Positions 59,712 to 64,000 of a DNA stretch of 64,000 nt are shown here, piece after piece (within the stretch, counting starts at the first letter, position 1; each line of letters opens with the position of its first letter). Both the position numbers and the translations under genes were made by a program. The DNA is from an uncultured Actinomycetota bacterium (GTDB lineage: Bacteria; Actinomycetota; Humimicrobiia; Humimicrobiales; Humimicrobiaceae). Under the pieces are notes generated by a model, which had not been told where the DNA came from, did no database searches, and saw only the letters and a list, made by a program, of their open reading frames with translations. Location of the stretch: assembly GCA_964616545.1 (NCBI GenBank), contig CAZTUA010000012.1, forward strand, positions 18,185 to 82,184. The letters run 5' to 3'.

Positions 59712-60659
59712 ATGGAGTATATCGTTGGAGTTGACGGTGGAGGTTCCAAAACGGATGTTCTGATAGCAGACCTTTCAGGCAATGAAGTTTCCCGTGCAGT
59801 TTCCGGTGCAAGCAGCTATAAAAGTATCGGGAAAAATACGGCAATAGAAAATCTAAATAAAGGAATTATCAGTGCCCTGGGTAGTTTAAAAATTTCTGAT
59901 GATGTCTATTTTAAGAGTTCCTGTTTTGGGTTTGCAGGCAATGATGCAGGAGAAGATTTCAAAGTTTACAGGGAAATAGTTTTTAATAAAATGCTTGAGA
60001 AACATCTCAACCCGGAAAAAACCATAATATGCAATGATACCAGAATTGGAATAGAAGCAGGCAGTGATAGTAAAAATAAAATAATAATTATAGCCGGAAC
60101 TGGTTCAAACTGCTTTGGTGTTAATGAAAAGGGCGAACATGCAGGAGCGAGCGGCTGGGATTATATTCTTGCGGATGAGGGAAGCGGGTACGGGGTTGGT
60201 CTCAGAGCCCTAAAAGCAGTTATGAGAGCCTATGATGGCAGGGGTGAAAAAACTCTGCTTTCACAGACGATAATAAAGGAATTAAAACTAAAAGAAGCAC
60301 TGGATTTAACAGGATGGGCTTACAGGGGTACTTTTTCCAAGGCAAAAATCAGCACACTGGCAAAGACGGTATGTATGACCGCAGGTATGGGAGACAGAAA
60401 AAGTATAAGCATACTGGAAGAGGAAGCTGAAGAAGCGGCGCTAACTGTCAGCACTGTGGCAAGAAAACTTAAACTTGAAAATAAAAGCTTTGACCTTATC
60501 TTTGTCGGGGGATTGTTTAAATGTGAAAAATATTTTAAAAATATTCTCATAGATAAATTAAAAAAGCAGTTTTTGCGGATTAATTTTATACCGCTTCTAA
60601 CTGATCCTGTTGAAGGAGCTGTGAAATTAGCTTTTAAAAATCTAAAGGGGCAGATTTAG
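59712..60659 (+). CDS. BadF/BadG/BcrA/BcrD-type ATPase (N-acetylglucosamine kinase-like)
   Basis: GVDGGGSKT, ICND, IAGTGS, GWDYILADEGSG. Confidence 0.9.
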   Translation: MEYIVGVDGGGSKTDVLIADLSGNEVSRAVSGASSYKSIGKNTAIENLNKGIISALGSLKISDDVYFKSSCFGFAGNDAGEDFKVYREIVFNKMLEKHLNPEKTIICNDTRIGIEAGSDSKNKIIIIAGTGSNCFGVNEKGEHAGASGWDYILADEGSGYGVGLRALKAVMRAYDGRGEKTLLSQTIIKELKLKEALDLTGWAYRGTFSKAKISTLAKTVCMTAGMGDRKSISILEEEAEEAALTVSTVARKLKLENKSFDLIFVGGLFKCEKYFKNILIDKLKKQFLRINFIPLLTDPVEGAVKLAFKNLKGQI

Positions 60660-60752
60660 TAAATAAAATTGCTCTACCCGTCGAGTGTTAAATGATTGTT
60701 ATACCTTGACATTATCAGGGTGTATGATAATAATAATTAGGCGAATTAGATT

Positions 60753-60828
60753 GCCGGTGTAGCTCAACTGGTAGAGCAGCTGATTTGTAATCAGCAGGTT
60801 GTCCGTTCAAGTCGGATCGCCGGCTCCA
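60753..60828 (+). tRNA. tRNA-Thr(TGT)
   Basis: Cloverleaf; GCTGA-TTTGTAA-TCAGC anticodon arm; GTTCAAGTC T-arm; encoded CCA. Confidence 0.96.
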
Positions 60829-60832
60829 TAGT

Positions 60833-60918
60833 GGAGGGATGCCCGAGTGGTTAAAGGGAGCAGACTGTAAATCTGCCGGCGAATGCCTACAGAGGTTCAA
60901 ATCCTCTTCCCTCCACCA
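60833..60918 (+). tRNA. tRNA-Tyr(GTA)
   Basis: GCAGA-CTGTAAA-TCTGC arm, long variable arm, encoded CCA. Confidence 0.96.
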
Positions 60919-60989
60919 TAATTTTTTTAAAGTTCTGTAATTATAAATGTCACAGGTATTTTTTACGGACCGGCCCGGGTATCAGTCAT

Positions 60990-61065
60990 GCCCGTGTAGC
61001 TCAGATGGTAGAGCATTTCCTCGGTAAGGAAAAGGTCATCGGTTCAAATCCGATCGCGGGCTCCA
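60990..61065 (+). tRNA. tRNA-Thr(GGT) with C at position 33
   Basis: TTTCC-TCGGTAA-GGAAA anticodon arm, ATCGG-TTCAAAT-CCGAT T-arm, encoded CCA. Confidence 0.9.
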
Positions 61066-61187
61066 GTTCAAAATAGTGCAATCTTATCCCAGGCTCAATA
61101 ACTATCAATCATCTGATCCCGGAAGTTTAAGAAATGATAGGAAAAATTCCCGGGAAAAATTTTAAAAAATATATCTGGAGGAGAGCA

Positions 61188-62246
61188 ATGCCGGTAATAA
61201 GGGACGGAGAAAAAGCACGTGAGATAATCGAAAATATTAAAAAAACAGGTAATAGCCTGCCATGCTTTTGCACAGAAAATGTCCTGACAACAGAAGCAAT
61301 CTTTATTGGAGCAAAGAAATTCAAACAATCCAAAAAAATAAGGGGGCACCTGCCTCTTATTATTGCTTTTACGGCAGCCTATCATCAGAGGCAGCAGCTG
61401 AAAAATTATTCCGGGCTGGGAGATTTTAAAGAGGGGATGCTGGCGGTAAGAAATGATATTGAAAGAGTCGCGAGAGCTGGAGGGAAATTTGATGATATTG
61501 ATGTTATAGTCCATCTGGATCATGCTCAACCGGGTGAGGATGACTGGATACTTAAGGAAAATAAAGACTTTATATCCTCTGTTATGTATGATTGCAGCAG
61601 TTATGCGCTTAAAGAAAATACTGAAATTGTGGAAAGTTTTGTAAAAAAAAATAAAAGGGATTTTATTGTAGAAGGCTGTTTTGAAGAAATAGCAAGTTAC
61701 GGTAAACAAAGCTCTGAAAAATCCGGGGCGGAAGAAATAGCTGTACGGGCAGACAAAGTTGAGGTTTATTTTAAGGAAACCGGGGTTGACCTTGTGGTTG
61801 TAAACCTGGGCACTGAACACAGGAGAACGGAACATACTCTGGGGGAATATCGCAGGGATATAGCCAGGAGAGTCAGGGATAAAATAGGGCGGCAGATAGT
61901 GCTTCACGGCGCCTCGAGCTTAAGCGGTACAGAACTTAAAAACCTGCCGCTGGATGGAGTTGTAAAAGTTAATATATGGACGGCGCTGGAAGCAGGTGCC
62001 GGAAGAGCTCTGGCCATTAAAATAATAGAGAATATAGATAGAATATTATTAAAAGAAAATATTGAAAAACTGGCTGAAGGAAATTTTCTGGATAAAAAAG
62101 TATTAACTAAAAAAATAAGGCCCTCCCTTGCTTTCCTGACAGAAAAGTACAGAAGAGATGAGATCTTTATTCCGGTTATCGCCGGGCAGGTTAAAAATTA
62201 TTATGAAAATCTTTATACAGAGTACCCGGCAGATGGCAGTAGATAG
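61188..62246 (+). CDS. Class II fructose/tagatose-bisphosphate aldolase-like protein (diverged)
   Basis: VHLDHA, VMYDCS, LGTEH, VLHGAS, KVNIWT; ATG 61188 follows GGAGGAG. Confidence 0.8.
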   Translation: MPVIRDGEKAREIIENIKKTGNSLPCFCTENVLTTEAIFIGAKKFKQSKKIRGHLPLIIAFTAAYHQRQQLKNYSGLGDFKEGMLAVRNDIERVARAGGKFDDIDVIVHLDHAQPGEDDWILKENKDFISSVMYDCSSYALKENTEIVESFVKKNKRDFIVEGCFEEIASYGKQSSEKSGAEEIAVRADKVEVYFKETGVDLVVVNLGTEHRRTEHTLGEYRRDIARRVRDKIGRQIVLHGASSLSGTELKNLPLDGVVKVNIWTALEAGAGRALAIKIIENIDRILLKENIEKLAEGNFLDKKVLTKKIRPSLAFLTEKYRRDEIFIPVIAGQVKNYYENLYTEYPADGSR

Positions 62247-62372
62247 AGAAGCTTGCATGACCGGCAGTAAATCAATAGAAAAAAAATCAAAAACTTTACT
62301 CCATTAAACTTTATGATATTATTTACATATTTCTTTTTATACATAAATTATTAACAGGAGATAAACAGATTT

Positions 62373-63875
62373 ATGAGTCTTTTAGGCATTGATATTGGAA
62401 CAACCGGGATAAAAGCGATAGCATTTAATGAGGAAGGAAAGAAGCTGGCAGACTCCTATAGAGAGTACGAGCTGGTCTATCCCCGGCCTTACGCTGTCGA
62501 ATTTGATACAATTCCAATGTGGGATAATATTTTTGATGCGATAAGAGAAATTAATTCCTCAAATGCAGTTAAAAAGGATCCGGTAGCTGCAATATCAGCA
62601 TCAACCATTGGTGAGTCTTTTACCCCGCTGGATGAAAGAGGAAATATAATACACAATACAATTTACTCAACTGATTCAAGAAGCAGAGCCGAGCTTGATT
62701 TTATTTTTACAAAAATTCCATCAAGAAGTCTATATTCTTATACAGGCCTTCCGCCCCAGGCAGCCTGTGCCCTTAACAAAATATTGTGGTTAAAAAATAA
62801 TCTGCCCGGGATATATAAAAAAACCAGAAAAATTTTATTTACCGAAGATCTGCTACAGCATAAACTTGGAATTTCAAATACAAAAATAAGCTATGCGCTC
62901 TCATCAACGACTTTATTCTTTGATATCAGAAAAAAAATATGGCAGGATGAAATTTTAAACACATTTGATATAGATAAAAACTTATTTTCTGCACCATCGC
63001 CTTCCGGTGAAGTAGCCGGAATTGTAAGAAGTGATATAGCGGAAAACCTGGGATTTAAAAATAATGTTTATGTTGTTACCGGAGGCCATGACCAGCAGTG
63101 TGCAGCGCTGGGGGTCGGTTCTATTGAAGGAGGGCTGGCTGCAGATGGAATGGGTACTGTTGAATGTGTAACAACAACACTTGATGAGTTGATAGTAAAT
63201 GACTTGATGCATGAAAATAACTTTTCAACAAGAGCACATGTCATTCCCGATAAATTTGTTACATTTGCCTATAATTTTACTTCAGGGAGCCTCCTTGAAT
63301 GGTTTATTAAAATTTTTGCAGAGAAAGAAAAAGTACTGGCGGCAAAAGAAAACATCAATGTAATTAAATATTTTTTTAAAAATTTTGATTATGACCCTTC
63401 TGGATTATTTGTTCTTCCCTATTTTTCACAATCGGGGACTCCGTATCATGACCCCATCCCCAGGGGGACTATTACCGGCCTGAATTTAGCCACCGGGAAA
63501 GAAGAGATATTTAAGGCAATAATAGAAGGCCTGATTTTTGAGATAGCTTTTAATATTGAACTTATAGAAAAATCGGGAATTAAGATTACAGAGCTCAGAG
63601 CAGTCGGCGGGGGTTCCAGGTCAGATAAAGAGCTTGCCCTTAAATCATCAATTCTGGGAAAGCCAATAAAGAGAATGAAAACAGCAGAGGCGGGATGTCT
63701 TGCAGCAATGATGCTTGCAGGCAGCGCGGTAAATAAATTTACCATAGGGCAGGCAATTTCAAATTTTATAGAGGTGGATAAAGAATTTTATCCTGATGAT
63801 AAAGTAAGAGAGAAATATTCAGGAAGTTTTAAAAGCTATAAAAAAATTTATAATCTTGTAAAAGATATTTGCTGA
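62373..63875 (+). CDS. FGGY-family carbohydrate kinase (xylulokinase-like)
   Basis: GIDIGTTGIK, GGHDQQCAALG, GMGTVE, AVGGGSRS. Confidence 0.92.
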   Translation: MSLLGIDIGTTGIKAIAFNEEGKKLADSYREYELVYPRPYAVEFDTIPMWDNIFDAIREINSSNAVKKDPVAAISASTIGESFTPLDERGNIIHNTIYSTDSRSRAELDFIFTKIPSRSLYSYTGLPPQAACALNKILWLKNNLPGIYKKTRKILFTEDLLQHKLGISNTKISYALSSTTLFFDIRKKIWQDEILNTFDIDKNLFSAPSPSGEVAGIVRSDIAENLGFKNNVYVVTGGHDQQCAALGVGSIEGGLAADGMGTVECVTTTLDELIVNDLMHENNFSTRAHVIPDKFVTFAYNFTSGSLLEWFIKIFAEKEKVLAAKENINVIKYFFKNFDYDPSGLFVLPYFSQSGTPYHDPIPRGTITGLNLATGKEEIFKAIIEGLIFEIAFNIELIEKSGIKITELRAVGGGSRSDKELALKSSILGKPIKRMKTAEAGCLAAMMLAGSAVNKFTIGQAISNFIEVDKEFYPDDKVREKYSGSFKSYKKIYNLVKDIC

Positions 63876-64000
63876 TTTTTAAGTTAAGTTTGATATCTGC
63901 GCTTTAACCCCGGCAGGCTGATAGAAAAGTGTTTACCTCATTTAACCGGAAAAATCTGGTATATCAACTAATAAAATAATAAAGAGAAAACTGGAATTAA

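Noticed and set aside
60715-60900. 61-aa minus-strand ORF
   Set aside because: It is the antisense of tRNA-Thr and tRNA-Tyr.
300-63745. Many short antisense or alternate-frame ORFs in the track (e.g. 512-934, 5416-5670, 38746-39321, 61095-61907)
   Set aside because: They overlap well-supported genes, lack recognisable motifs and read as shadow frames.
1-64000. CRISPR arrays, IS elements, rRNA
   Set aside because: No regularly spaced repeats, transposase ORFs or rRNA-like segments were seen.

Overview
Chromosomal window of an AT-rich (roughly 35% GC by eye) anaerobic bacterium. The GlnR-type regulator and general gene style are compatible with a low-GC anaerobic Actinomycetota lineage such as Humimicrobiia (inference only). 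It holds parA(3' end)-parB-lipA; a glnR-amtB-glnK-glnA nitrogen cluster; a LacI-controlled galactose cluster (galK, sugar ABC transporter, galT); c-di-GMP enzymes; nadE; iscS; larE/larC; a GH94 phosphorylase; an FMN-riboswitch-controlled rib operon; ferredoxin and rubredoxin; methanogen-type homocysteine synthesis genes; AMMECR1/MEMO genes; and three tRNAs. No CRISPR array, transposase, integrase or prophage was seen. The most striking feature is an intact 8-gene complex I-like operon (nuoA,B,CD,H,I,J,K,N; 28746-34887). It keeps all Fe-S ligands but appears to have lost the quinone-binding residues and the charged proton-pumping residues, has no [NiFe] motifs, and lacks nuoL/M/E/F/G. Other notable signals: an apparently split GalT, apparent ATT/ATA start codons, several further pseudo-enzymes, a tRNA-Thr with C33, and strong CCGG enrichment. 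All family assignments and residue alignments were made by eye from remembered motifs, without database searches.
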